A program made the position numbers and the translations under genes. Below, piece by piece: positions 1-10,366 of a DNA stretch of 64,000 nucleotides. This DNA comes from Sphingobacteriales bacterium (GTDB lineage: Bacteria > Bacteroidota > Bacteroidia > Chitinophagales > LD1), in contig JADFDM010000013.1 of the NCBI GenBank assembly GCA_018262795.1, forward strand, positions 8,159 through 72,158, given 5' to 3'. The notes under the pieces are model-generated. The model was not told the origin of the DNA. It did not search any database and was given only the letters and a program-made list of their open reading frames with translations. Each line of letters opens with the position of its first letter. The first letter of the stretch is position 1.

Positions 1-157
1 ATAGCAGTGGTTGTTGATTTGAATATTTTGATGTAAGCTATTATCCCAGATTTGCAGTGGGTCGTTTAACCCCAAAGTGCAAACTTTTTTCGGGACGATA
101 CAAAATAAAGAAGCCTAACCGAGTCCTTGTATTGTCTGGCAAACAAGCACAAATTAA

Positions 158-1849
158 TTACTGCTTTACTAACCTTCGCACCACCATTGCTTTGCCGTTT
201 ATGCGTACCTCCACGAAGTAAAGCCCGGAACTGAGTGGTTGCAGTGGCAAAGTAATCGTGTGCAGTCCGGTGTTCAGGCTTTCGGCAGGGTAGGAATAAA
301 CTAATTGACCGATTGTTGTGCGCAGGTTTATCTCTAAGGTAAGCGGGCAACTTAACTCAAAGCGCAAGGTGCTTTCTTCTGAAGCCGGATTGGGTAGCAA
401 TGAAACTTTTTGCACCCAAGTGTTAAGTTCGTTCAAGCCCGTTACGCAACTGCCTGTGTAATAGCGGCTCACTCCAAACATATTGATCGCCTCGCAGGCA
501 TTGTTGTAAGTCACGCTATCGCAGCCGCAAACCGGAATGGGCGGTACAAAATCACAGCAAAAGGTTGGGTTGCTACAAGTAATCTGTGAAGAATCAATAC
601 AGGCATGAGTGATGGTAATAGTGTCACAAAAATGATCGTAGCAGAGTTGGTTCAGGCTGTCTAGACTGGTCAAAAACAGACAAACAGTATAGGTGCTGTC
701 CTGCGCATAAAGGTGCATTGGGTGAGTGGTGGAGTCACTTTGCCCGTCACCGAAAAGCCACTGATAGCTGAGTATGGTCGGGGCGGAAGACTGATTGCTG
801 AACCAAACAGAATCCATGTGTTTCTCAAAAGAGAACATGGCGAGGCACGAGCCTGTTCCCTGTTGGTTTGTATCCACCGCAGCCGTCAACACTTGGAAAC
901 AAGTAAAGTTTGCTCCCAAGCCCTGCATACAGAAAGAAGCGCAGGTGACAGGGGTGTAATTATACGAAACGGTATCGCCTAAATGCAGAACCGCACCGGT
1001 TGGCAAACTGCATGGCATCAGCAGGTTGCTTGTCTGTAAGTCTGTCACCAACAAACATTCCACTCCTTGCGTTACTACTCCAATATAAATGCAACTATCC
1101 GGAGGTGATTGCGAGCAAGCACCCGTATTCCAAGCCGTCACTCCCGAATGATAGGCTACGCAATCGTTTCCATAAGTTTTACCATCGCAGCCACACACCG
1201 GGTCATAGAGGGTGATGCAAAAACAAGTGTCGCAAATTTGAGCGCTATCAATACACGAAGTGGAAGAGGAATACTTCAGTTCCAGATGATCTACTTTAAA
1301 CTCAGTGGGCGCAGCAATAATGCCACAACCTCCATTTACCTTTCCCCCGTGAATCGTTATTCTACAAGAATCAAAAACGGAAGTATTGTTTGAAATCGGA
1401 ACCGATAAAAACTGATAGTTCGGCAAGTAGCCCGCCTGATGATATTCCCAATGGCCGTTGTCCACCACAGCGCTGCCGTTCAGCAATTCCACATCTATCG
1501 AAATGGTATCCTGATCTACAAAGCCGCTATCATTCACGCAAGGAGCAAAATTGTATCGAATCCATGCGGTGAGTGCTTGCGGATGAAAATGTATCGGGAA
1601 AGTAGTAGTGGCAAATGCTTTGAACACTCCGTTGGCATAAAAGTAAGCGGCATAATTTCCACTGTAACGGTTCGTATCCTGCCGAACTATGTAAGGCTCC
1701 CACGCAGGTAAAGTGAGCGGATGACTGTTGGTGTACCAGCCCTTTAAGGTCGGTTGAGAATCCCACTGCTCAAAGTCGCTGTTGGGAATCTGTGCCTGAT
1801 TCATCAAACAAACAAAAAGAAGAAGGAGGAGAAGAAAAATATTTTTCAT
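158..1849 (-). CDS. T9SS-secreted protein with two Kazal-type domains, a PKD domain and a C-terminal sorting domain
   Basis: Signal peptide; Kazal motifs CITLYDPVCGCDGKTYGNDC and VPPIPVCGCDSVTYNNAC; PKD motif YQWLFGDG...HPMHLY; CTD LLPNPA...SGLYFVEV. Confidence 0.8.
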   Translation of the reverse strand: MKNIFLLLLLLFVCLMNQAQIPNSDFEQWDSQPTLKGWYTNSHPLTLPAWEPYIVRQDTNRYSGNYAAYFYANGVFKAFATTTFPIHFHPQALTAWIRYNFAPCVNDSGFVDQDTISIDVELLNGSAVVDNGHWEYHQAGYLPNYQFLSVPISNNTSVFDSCRITIHGGKVNGGCGIIAAPTEFKVDHLELKYSSSTSCIDSAQICDTCFCITLYDPVCGCDGKTYGNDCVAYHSGVTAWNTGACSQSPPDSCIYIGVVTQGVECLLVTDLQTSNLLMPCSLPTGAVLHLGDTVSYNYTPVTCASFCMQGLGANFTCFQVLTAAVDTNQQGTGSCLAMFSFEKHMDSVWFSNQSSAPTILSYQWLFGDGQSDSTTHPMHLYAQDSTYTVCLFLTSLDSLNQLCYDHFCDTITITHACIDSSQITCSNPTFCCDFVPPIPVCGCDSVTYNNACEAINMFGVSRYYTGSCVTGLNELNTWVQKVSLLPNPASEESTLRFELSCPLTLEINLRTTIGQLVYSYPAESLNTGLHTITLPLQPLSSGLYFVEVRINGKAMVVRRLVKQ

Positions 1850-1979
1850 GGCTCAAGGGATTAATCAAACATAGTGCTATATCTAAAACGAGAAAAAACT
1901 TTCTAACGTTGCTTCGCCTCGAATTTTAGCAGGAAGAATATTTTTGCGTCTCCGACCCAAAGAGATAAAGCAGATAGAA

Positions 1980-2666
1980 ATGGCCAAAGCCAAAATGTTC
2001 AAAATAAATTCGGTAGCTACATTCCCCAATGTGTTTCAGAATCCGCATTTTACCCAACCCTCACTGATAAACAGTGCCGGAGAGGAAATGGATTTGAAAG
2101 GTGTGTGGAACGAAAAGGTATTCGGCAATCGCCATCCACTCACTCTCGAATTGGCTTGCGGCAAGGGCGATTACACCGTGGCACTGGCGGCAAAATATCC
2201 CGAAAGAAATTTTATCGGAATAGATGTAAAAGGAGCGCGGCTGTTTACGGGAGCTAAAAAAGCATTAGAGGCGAATCAAAAGAATGTGGCTTTTGGACGG
2301 ATGCGTATTGAGAACATTACGAATTTTTTCGCTCCCGGTGAAGTGGACGAAATTTGGATCACTTTCCCCGATCCCTTTCCGCGCAAAGGCGATGCGAAAC
2401 GAAGGCTCACGGCTCCGAGTTTCCTGCAACGATACCGGCAGATTTGCACCCCCCAGGCAACCATTCATTTTAAAACCGATGATTTACCTTTATTTCACTA
2501 CACCCGCGATATGGTGGTGGAGGCAGGGCTGCCGCTTCAATATTATAGGGAGGATATTTATGCTGCTCCACTCGAATTTGAGGAGCTTGGCATACAGACT
2601 TATTACGAGAAGTCACACCTCGCCAATGGCCGCAAAATCAATTATCTAAAGTTCAGCTTGCCATGA
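1980..2666 (+). CDS. trmB: tRNA (guanine-N7)-methyltransferase
   Basis: ELACGKG, GIDVKGAR, ITFPDPFP...RRL and FKTD motifs; ATG at 1980 preferred over the upstream TTG. Confidence 0.93.
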   Translation: MAKAKMFKINSVATFPNVFQNPHFTQPSLINSAGEEMDLKGVWNEKVFGNRHPLTLELACGKGDYTVALAAKYPERNFIGIDVKGARLFTGAKKALEANQKNVAFGRMRIENITNFFAPGEVDEIWITFPDPFPRKGDAKRRLTAPSFLQRYRQICTPQATIHFKTDDLPLFHYTRDMVVEAGLPLQYYREDIYAAPLEFEELGIQTYYEKSHLANGRKINYLKFSLP

Positions 2667-3028
2667 AACAAAGCCAGAAGGAACGGAGCCGAGAAGAAAG
2701 AACCTTCTCCTTTTTTGAGAACGTATGGGCAGTAACCCGTTTAATCCCGAAAGGACGGGTGACGAGTTATGGTGCCATCGCCAAATATCTGGGAGCCGCC
2801 AAATCGGCCCGCACGGTTGGCTATGCTTTGAACGCCTGCCATGGACATAAACCCAAAGTGCCTGCTCATCGGGTGTTGAACCGCAATGGAATGCTATCGG
2901 GCAAACATCATTTTGGAGCCTCTGATGTGATGCAAAAATTACTCGAAAAAGAAAGCATCCGGGTCGAAAAAGATACCGTAGTTGATTTTAAGAAATTATT
3001 TTGGGATCCGATGAAAGAGCTGGCCTAA
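2663..3028 (+). CDS. MGMT-family / alkyltransferase-like DNA-binding protein
   Basis: IPKGRVTSYGAIA, ARTVGYAL, and PAHRV (active-site Cys replaced by Ala, as in ATL proteins). Confidence 0.85.
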   Translation: MKQSQKERSREERTFSFFENVWAVTRLIPKGRVTSYGAIAKYLGAAKSARTVGYALNACHGHKPKVPAHRVLNRNGMLSGKHHFGASDVMQKLLEKESIRVEKDTVVDFKKLFWDPMKELA

Positions 3029-3069
3029 AGCTGAAAGCTAAAGCAGTTGTGAGCAAAAAATTCTTGCGC

Positions 3070-3852
3070 TTACTTTCCTTTAAACTCAGGGTTTCTTTTT
3101 TCAATGAAGGCGGTTACTCCTTCTTTATAGTCGGCACTTCTGCCCGCCATTTCCTGCCCGTAATACTCCTGTTGCAACATCTCGCTGAGTGAAGAAGAGT
3201 AAGCTTTGTTTAGCATTTTCTTTGTGATGGCGTACGATTTGGTGGGGCCTACGGCATACCGCTGTGCCAGTTCACTGACCGCGCGGTCTAATTCATTTGC
3301 GGGCACTACTTTATAAATAATACCGAGCTGCCGCGCTTCCTCCGCGCTTACTTTTGAGGCTAATGTAATCAGTTCAAAGGCCTTGTTGTAGCCGACTAAA
3401 TGCGGAAGAAAAAAAGAGGAGCCGGAGTCGGGCACTAATCCCACATTGGCAAATACTTCAATCAACGAGGCATTTTCGGCAGCAATAATGATATCGCAAG
3501 CCAATGCCAAAGAAGCACCGGCTCCGGCAGCGACTCCATTAAGCCGACATATCACCGGCTTAGGCATTTCCCGAATGGCCAAAATCATAGGGTTATATCT
3601 GCGAAGCACCGAATCACCGAGGCTTCTGTCGCCTACCTCTCCTTTTATATCTTTCAAATCCTGCCCGGAGCAAAAAGCTTTTCCCGTTCCGCTGATGACG
3701 ACTGTTCTTACCATCTCATCTTTTGAAGCCTTTTTTAAAGCATCAATAAATTCAGCACTCAGTTCTTCATTAAAAGAGTTGAATACCTCCGGTCGGTTTA
3801 AGGTAATTCTACAAATACCTTCTTCGTTTGAAAACAGAATGGTGTGGTACAT
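3070..3852 (-). CDS. Enoyl-CoA hydratase/isomerase (crotonase, PaaG-like)
   Basis: ITLNRPE, FCSGQDL, NGVAAGAG, GLVPDSG, EGVTAFIEKR motifs. Confidence 0.9.
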   Translation of the reverse strand: MYHTILFSNEEGICRITLNRPEVFNSFNEELSAEFIDALKKASKDEMVRTVVISGTGKAFCSGQDLKDIKGEVGDRSLGDSVLRRYNPMILAIREMPKPVICRLNGVAAGAGASLALACDIIIAAENASLIEVFANVGLVPDSGSSFFLPHLVGYNKAFELITLASKVSAEEARQLGIIYKVVPANELDRAVSELAQRYAVGPTKSYAITKKMLNKAYSSSLSEMLQQEYYGQEMAGRSADYKEGVTAFIEKRNPEFKGK

Positions 3853-3864
3853 AGTTTGAAAAAT

Positions 3865-4500
3865 TTAGAGAAAATGTGGGATGATCATAAAAGCAATAAG
3901 TTGTCCTGCGAAACCAATAGAATAGCCGATCAAGATTTGTCGTATAGTATGTGCACCTAATAGCAGTCGTGCAGTACCGATAAGTCCGGCCAGCACTATT
4001 AAGATAATTAAAGCCGGGCGCAAATCGTAAGTGGAAGAGTTTGCCAATGCTAACAGTAGCCCTATTAAGCCTCCGGCACCAATCGCATGTAAACTTATCT
4101 TGGTAAAAATATTGATGAAGAACCCTAAGAAAATAGCAATGCTGGCTCCCAGCAACATGTAGAATAAAAGAATGTTGGGAGGAATTTTCATTGTTACGCT
4201 TGGTTTAAACATCCAAGTGGCCCATAAATAAAAGGTGGCGGTAGCAATGTAGGGGATAATGCGGTCATTAGCATTTTCAAATTCTAAACTGTCTATCATT
4301 TCCAATCGCCTCATCATAAAAATCCAGATAGCGGGAAACATGAAAGTGAGTGCAAACACAATAAATACCCACACCACATGCACCTTTTCTCCCAGGTATC
4401 CAAACAAGTTGGGATTGGTAATAAGAACCAACAAGGTGCCGAAAGTAGGGAAGAGCAAAGGATGAAAAAGCAGGGAAATAGCTTTTGAAAGTTTTTTCAT
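3865..4500 (-). CDS. Multi-pass membrane protein (PAP2-like)
   Basis: Hydrophobic helices; KISLHA and ARLLLGAH motifs. Confidence 0.6.
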   Translation of the reverse strand: MKKLSKAISLLFHPLLFPTFGTLLVLITNPNLFGYLGEKVHVVWVFIVFALTFMFPAIWIFMMRRLEMIDSLEFENANDRIIPYIATATFYLWATWMFKPSVTMKIPPNILLFYMLLGASIAIFLGFFINIFTKISLHAIGAGGLIGLLLALANSSTYDLRPALIILIVLAGLIGTARLLLGAHTIRQILIGYSIGFAGQLIAFMIIPHFL

Positions 4501-4514
4501 GGCGGCTGTTCAGG

Positions 4515-6020
4515 TTAGAGCTCTTTTCGAAGTCGGGCAACGGGAATGTTGAGCATTTCGCGGTACTTCGCTACCGTTCGTCTCGCAATATTATATCCTT
4601 TCTCATTTAAAATCTCAGTTAGCTTTTGGTCGCTGATGGGTTTACTCTTGTCTTCTACGGCTATCAGATCACTCAAAATTTTCTTTACCTCGCGAGTCGA
4701 AACTTCCTCGCCACTTTCGGTAGAAAGAGACTCGCTGAAAAAATATTTCAGTGAAATAGTTCCGAATTCCGTTTGCAAATATTTGCTGTTGGCCACACGA
4801 GAAACCGTGGAAATATCTAAACCGGTGCGGTCGGCAATGTCTTTCAAAATCATGGGTCGCAAACGAGTTTCATCTCCGGTAAGTAAATATTCCTTTTGGT
4901 AATCCATAATGGCTTGCATCGTCATCAGCATGGTTTGGTAACGGCTCTGAATGGCATCAATAAACCACTTGGCGGAATCTAACTTTTGCTTAATAAATAG
5001 AATGGCCTCTTTTTGTGCTTTGTTTTTCTCCTTTGTTTTCCGGTAGTCCGCAATCATTTCGCGGAAGTGGTTGCTCACTTTCAGTTCGGGGGCATTGGCC
5101 GAGTTGAGGGAAAGTTGAAGATCTCCGGAGTTATTAGTCAGAATAAAATCGGGAACTATCACGAATTGTTCTCCGCCTCCTCCCGAAAAAGCGCTACCGG
5201 GTTTGGGGTTTAGTTTCGTGATTTCATCTACTATGGCTTTAAGTATGTCGGAATCAACGCCTAACTGTCGCTCTAATTTATCGTAGTGCTTCTTGGCAAA
5301 CACATCAAAGTACTTCTCAATTACTTTAATAGCCAAATCGGTCAGAGGGGTCGGTTCTTCTTTGCGCCTTAACTGTATCAGCAAACATTCTTCTAAAGAA
5401 CGGGCGGCTACACCTGGAGGATCAAATTTTTGTACTTCGGCCAGAATTTCTTTCAGTTCTATTTCATTGGTGGACACGTTTTGCCGAAAAACCAAGTCAT
5501 CTACCATTGCATCTAATTCTCTGCGCAAATAGCCATCATCATCCAAACTGCCGATAATGTGCATCGCAATTTGCTTTTGCCTATCGTTCAATCGCAGCAG
5601 CCCCACCTGCGACTCTAAATATTCGTGAAAAGTAGAGGTAGTGGCTACGGGGATCGTTTTCTTGTCATCATCCGGATCGTGATATTCACTCGGATCCTTT
5701 GTTTTATAATCGGCCACTCCTTCGTCATCTTCATTGTAGTATTCGCTTAGGTCAACATCATCCTCCGGATTTATTTCCTCATTTTCTGTCTCGGTATCGT
5801 GTTCGCTTTCTTCTATTTCGGGACTATCACTCAGCACAATTTCCTCCGCTTCATCTTCCGCATCATCGCCTACTCCTTCTTCTAAAGCAGGATTTGATTC
5901 CAGCTCTTCCTTTATGCGCTGCTCTAAATTGGCAGTTGGCACTTGCAACAGTTTCATCAGTTGAATCTGTTGGGGCGATAGTTTCTGTAATAATTTTTGT
6001 TGTAATCCTTGTTTTAGCAT
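4515..6020 (-). CDS. rpoN: RNA polymerase sigma-54 factor
   Basis: Region I QKLSPQQIQ; RpoN box ARRTVAKYRE; start moved to ATG at 6020. Confidence 0.95.
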   Translation of the reverse strand: MLKQGLQQKLLQKLSPQQIQLMKLLQVPTANLEQRIKEELESNPALEEGVGDDAEDEAEEIVLSDSPEIEESEHDTETENEEINPEDDVDLSEYYNEDDEGVADYKTKDPSEYHDPDDDKKTIPVATTSTFHEYLESQVGLLRLNDRQKQIAMHIIGSLDDDGYLRRELDAMVDDLVFRQNVSTNEIELKEILAEVQKFDPPGVAARSLEECLLIQLRRKEEPTPLTDLAIKVIEKYFDVFAKKHYDKLERQLGVDSDILKAIVDEITKLNPKPGSAFSGGGGEQFVIVPDFILTNNSGDLQLSLNSANAPELKVSNHFREMIADYRKTKEKNKAQKEAILFIKQKLDSAKWFIDAIQSRYQTMLMTMQAIMDYQKEYLLTGDETRLRPMILKDIADRTGLDISTVSRVANSKYLQTEFGTISLKYFFSESLSTESGEEVSTREVKKILSDLIAVEDKSKPISDQKLTEILNEKGYNIARRTVAKYREMLNIPVARLRKEL

Positions 6021-6162
6021 CCCTAAATCTCTTTTCTCCTTCAACGTGTCGCGAGTGGAGGAGTTTATCGTTTCCGACAAAAATTCAAAAAACTACCGAC
6101 ATCTATACCATTTCTCAAGAACAAACGCTTTCCTATATTCGCAGTCCTCTAAAATCAAGGTG

Positions 6163-7680
6163 ATGGTTTATATCAAAGATTTATCGGAACACGAAGGAAA
6201 AGAAGTGCAACTCAAGGGCTGGAATGCACAAAAGCGCGATAGCAAAGGCTTGGTATTTATGACATTTCGCGATGGCACGGGCTATTGCCAAGCAGTGATA
6301 TCACTGGACGTGGTAGGAGAAGAATCCTTTGAAGCCGCTAAACGCTTGCCGCAAGAAAGCTCGCTGGCTATCACCGGTAAAGTGTTGAAAGATGAAAGAC
6401 AGATTGGAGGTTTTGAAATTCAGGTGCAGTCATTAAAGGTGATTGCCGAAGCAGAGGATTATCCGATAACACCTAAAGAACACGGAGTTGATTTTTTGAT
6501 GGATAAGCGCCACTTGTGGCTTCGCTCCCGCAGGCAGTGGGCAATCATGCGAGTTCGCAACGAAATCATCTATTCTATTCACCGCTTTTTTCAAGAGCAC
6601 GGTTTTGTGCAGATGGATGCTCCAATCTTTACAGGCAACGCTTGCGAAGGCACCACTACTTTGTTTGAAACCGACTACTACGGAGAGCCGGCTTATCTGT
6701 CGCAATCGGGCCAGTTATATGGCGAGGCAATGGCAATGGCACAGGGACTTATTTATACGTTCGGCCCCACTTTCCGTGCCGAAAAATCAAAGACGCGCAG
6801 ACACCTTTCGGAATTTTGGATGATAGAACCCGAAATGGCCTTCTATGATTTAAAGATGGATATGGATTTGATGGAGCAATTTATTCAGTATGTAGTCGGC
6901 AGTGTATTGGTAAAGTGCAAGGATGAATTGAAAGTGTTGGAGCGCGATACTACTTATCTCGATAAAGTGTGCGAACCGTTTATTCGGATGAAATACGAAG
7001 ATGCGGTGAGTGTGATTAAAGGAGAAAAAGAAGTGAACGGAAAAACTTCGTTGCAAATGTTGGCTGAAGAAGATGCTGCTTTGAAAGCACAGAAAGCACA
7101 ATTAGAATCAGAGATCAAAGAGAGAGAAGATAAAATTGCAGGAGGCACTTTAAAGAAAGGAGAAATCAACTTTAACCAAAACAAGGTAGATAAATTAAAA
7201 AACGAAATCAAGGAATTAGACGAGAAGCTCGCCAATATTCCGCAATGGTTGAACAGCGCCCAAAACTTTAAACGAGGAGATGATTTTGGTGGAAGTGATG
7301 AAACTGTTCTTACCAAAATGTTTGGCCAGCCGGTGATGGTGTACAACTGGCCGCAAGAGGTGAAAGCCTTTTACATGAAAGAAGATGAAACCGATACAGG
7401 TTATGCGAAAGGGGTAGATTTATTAGCTCCCGAAGGCTATGGGGAAGTAGTGGGCGGAGGCGAGCGCGAAACCGATATAGAGCGACTGAAAAGAAAAATA
7501 GAGGAGCATCAACTCCCGATGAGTGCCTTTGAATGGTATTTGGATTTGCGCAAGTTTGGCAACGTACCTCATGCCGGCTTTGGCTTAGGGCTCGAAAGGT
7601 TAGTAGCGTGGATCTGCGGCCTGCAACACATCCGCGAAACCATCCCCTTCCCGAGAAGTTACGGAAGATTATTACCATAG
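6163..7680 (+). CDS. asnS: Asparagine--tRNA ligase with a coiled-coil insertion
   Basis: OB-fold N-terminus; LSQSGQLY, FGPTFRAEKS...RHLSEFWMIEPE, PHAGFGLGLER motifs; ATG at 6163. Confidence 0.93.
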   Translation: MVYIKDLSEHEGKEVQLKGWNAQKRDSKGLVFMTFRDGTGYCQAVISLDVVGEESFEAAKRLPQESSLAITGKVLKDERQIGGFEIQVQSLKVIAEAEDYPITPKEHGVDFLMDKRHLWLRSRRQWAIMRVRNEIIYSIHRFFQEHGFVQMDAPIFTGNACEGTTTLFETDYYGEPAYLSQSGQLYGEAMAMAQGLIYTFGPTFRAEKSKTRRHLSEFWMIEPEMAFYDLKMDMDLMEQFIQYVVGSVLVKCKDELKVLERDTTYLDKVCEPFIRMKYEDAVSVIKGEKEVNGKTSLQMLAEEDAALKAQKAQLESEIKEREDKIAGGTLKKGEINFNQNKVDKLKNEIKELDEKLANIPQWLNSAQNFKRGDDFGGSDETVLTKMFGQPVMVYNWPQEVKAFYMKEDETDTGYAKGVDLLAPEGYGEVVGGGERETDIERLKRKIEEHQLPMSAFEWYLDLRKFGNVPHAGFGLGLERLVAWICGLQHIRETIPFPRSYGRLLP

Positions 7681-7805
7681 GTCACTGCGTGAAATTAATA
7701 GAGTTGCTTTGCTGATGTTTGTCTTTGCAGGCCGCAGAAGGAATTAAGTGTTTCTTTGCATTTTCATTTTCAAATTCTCACATTCGCTCATTCTCTCATT
7801 AATTT

Positions 7806-9359
7806 ATGGATTTTCTCAAACGCACTTTCCCTCTTTTATTCGGCATTTTTTTGCTGAGTGTGGTCGTGCGTCTACCGCAACTCAATCGTCCGCTTTCGCG
7901 CCATCACGAATTTTGCACTGCTATCTCCCTTCGCATTATGCAAATATGGTACGACAATGGAATAATGAAGTACCACTACAATCCGGTAATGACTTACAAC
8001 CGCCCGGCAGATAAATTCATTAATAATTACGCCAACCAAACGGGTAAAATGATGGATACAGAGGGAAACTATTATTATGTTTCTCATCCGCCTTTTGCCT
8101 ATTACGCGCCTTTTGCGCTTTTTAAACTGCTGCACGTGCGACCCGATGTGTTGCCCTTGCAGTTATTTAATCTGCTGTTGCATTTTATCAGCGCACTATT
8201 CGTGTATTTTACCGTTTGTCTGCTCAGCTTTAACCGTGCGCGCAGTTTGCCGTACCGATCGGCATTGGTGGCGTACGCCATCTATTTGTTTATGCCTGTT
8301 ACGCTTTGGTTTCAGGGCAATGTTTATATGAGCGATATGGCAGTGCATACACTGTTCATTATTGGAGTTTACACAGCTCTAAAAATGATTATCCGGCAAA
8401 AATTCTATTCGTTTAAGTATTTCTTCCTCTACTCGCTGGTGCTTGCTCTTATGATTTATACTTCTTGGCTTGGCTTGTTCTTTGCCTTCAGCGTATTTAT
8501 TTACTCGCTGCTTCATGTGCGCGGCAATCGCGGCTTTAAAGTGCTGTTGTGGTCCACCACCATTATTTCACTGGTCATGCTACGACTGATTATCTATCAA
8601 TATTCGCAAATCAACGGCCCCATCGCTTATTTTGAAGAAATGTTCAGCCGCTATCTGGTGCGCGGTAGTTTAGCCGAAACAGATCATGGTCTGTTCCATT
8701 TTATGTTCGATTATCTGTGGTTGATTAAAACACTTCTCTATAACTACGTGGTCAGCTACGTTGTCATCTATGCCGCCTTGCTACTCTTTTTCTTTTTGGC
8801 CATGAGCCGCAAAAAAATGAAGATAGTTTTCAGCGAAAATGGGTATCGCTTTATATGGCTAAGTGTTACGCCCATTTTGCTGTTGCATGTGTTTTTACTG
8901 AATTATTCCGAGCACGACTTTACCGCTCTGTATGCTTCGCTTTTTTTCAGTGTGCTTCTCGGAATTTTATATGATAAGGTGAAGAAGAGTGGAACCGTTC
9001 CGCTCAAAAAAATGAGAATCGGATTATTGGCGATGCTACTCTTATTGGTGGTTCAATACGAGTTGACAAACCGCAATGTCAATATAGAACACGACCGGCA
9101 GATAGGCGCACAAGTAATTGCAAAGAACACCTCTGAGAATCAGGTGATATTTTGGAATAACAATGAAACCCTGAGTCCGCAAATGGTTTTTTATGCGCAG
9201 CGGAATATCCGGTTTGCTACTGACCCGAAAGATGCGCAAGACTTTTTGAAAAAAACACAGCGAACGGAAGGAGTTTATTTTTCAGAATCAGAAAAAGGAA
9301 TCAGCAGCACGCAGATTTTTCTCGATACAGTAATGGCAACTGTTTTTATAGAAAAATGA
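7806..9359 (+). CDS. Polytopic GT-C glycosyltransferase-like membrane protein (ArnT/PMT-like)
   Basis: N-terminal TM followed by a loop with YYVSHPPF, about 12 TM helices, C-terminal soluble tail. Confidence 0.55.
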   Translation: MDFLKRTFPLLFGIFLLSVVVRLPQLNRPLSRHHEFCTAISLRIMQIWYDNGIMKYHYNPVMTYNRPADKFINNYANQTGKMMDTEGNYYYVSHPPFAYYAPFALFKLLHVRPDVLPLQLFNLLLHFISALFVYFTVCLLSFNRARSLPYRSALVAYAIYLFMPVTLWFQGNVYMSDMAVHTLFIIGVYTALKMIIRQKFYSFKYFFLYSLVLALMIYTSWLGLFFAFSVFIYSLLHVRGNRGFKVLLWSTTIISLVMLRLIIYQYSQINGPIAYFEEMFSRYLVRGSLAETDHGLFHFMFDYLWLIKTLLYNYVVSYVVIYAALLLFFFLAMSRKKMKIVFSENGYRFIWLSVTPILLLHVFLLNYSEHDFTALYASLFFSVLLGILYDKVKKSGTVPLKKMRIGLLAMLLLLVVQYELTNRNVNIEHDRQIGAQVIAKNTSENQVIFWNNNETLSPQMVFYAQRNIRFATDPKDAQDFLKKTQRTEGVYFSESEKGISSTQIFLDTVMATVFIEK

Positions 9360-9413
9360 TCTGCGAAATATTTTTCAATTTCACCTCTACTTCGCAAAAC
9401 AATTTATTCATTT

Positions 9414-10364
9414 ATGTCGCTACACTCCATCCCCATTGTTGATCTTTCTGATTTTTTAGAAGGAGGAGAGAAGAAGCAAAAGTTTGTTTATGAGTTAGGA
9501 ACTGCTTTTGAAGATATTGGTTTTGTATCCGTTCGAAATCACGGAGTGCCGCAAGAATTGATAGAGGCGTACTATGCGGCCATACAACAATTTTTTGCGC
9601 TTCCCATAGAAGTAAAGAAGAAATATGAAGTGCCGGGGCTGGCGGGGCAGCGGGGCTATACTTCCTTTGGCAAAGAAACAGCGAAGGGATATCAATCTCC
9701 CGATTTAAAAGAGTTTTGGCAAATGGGACAGATTGTTGAAGGGGAAGATTTGCCAAAGGAAAATTACCCCGATAACCTTGTTGTAGATGAAATTCCGGAG
9801 TTCAACCGATTGAGTGTAGCCCTTTTTGAAGCGTTTGAGGCTTCGGCACGCGAGTTGTTAAGAGCCATCGCTATTCGTTTGGGCATAGGTGAGTTTTATT
9901 TCGATCGCCACATTCACAACGGCAATTCCATTCTGAGAGCTATCCATTATCCCCCAATCACGAAAGAACCGCAAAGTGCCATCCGAGCCGAACAACACGA
10001 GGATATTAATCTGATTACGCTATTGGTAGGTGCTAGCGCTGAAGGCTTGCAATTACTCACGAGAAATAATGAATGGTTAGATATTACTGCACCCGATGGT
10101 TGCTTGGTGATAAATGTGGGCGATATGTTGCAACGCCTCACCAATAACAAGTTGAAGTCAACCACGCACCGGGTGGTCAATCCTCCGAGAGAGAAATGGC
10201 ATACTTCGCGTTTTTCTATTCCTTTCTTTACCCATCCCCGAAGTGAAATGCGATTGGATTGCCTGCCCGATTGTGTGGAGGAGCGGCACCCTTTGCAATA
10301 CCAACCTATCTCTGCCGGGGAATACCTAAACGAGCGATTAGTTGAGATTGGCTTAAAGAAATAA
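9414..10364 (+). CDS. Isopenicillin N synthase-family 2OG-Fe(II) oxygenase
   Basis: IPIVDL N-terminus, HED (HxD), HRV and RFS (RxS) motifs. Confidence 0.9.
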   Translation: MSLHSIPIVDLSDFLEGGEKKQKFVYELGTAFEDIGFVSVRNHGVPQELIEAYYAAIQQFFALPIEVKKKYEVPGLAGQRGYTSFGKETAKGYQSPDLKEFWQMGQIVEGEDLPKENYPDNLVVDEIPEFNRLSVALFEAFEASARELLRAIAIRLGIGEFYFDRHIHNGNSILRAIHYPPITKEPQSAIRAEQHEDINLITLLVGASAEGLQLLTRNNEWLDITAPDGCLVINVGDMLQRLTNNKLKSTTHRVVNPPREKWHTSRFSIPFFTHPRSEMRLDCLPDCVEERHPLQYQPISAGEYLNERLVEIGLKK

Positions 10365-10366
10365 AG

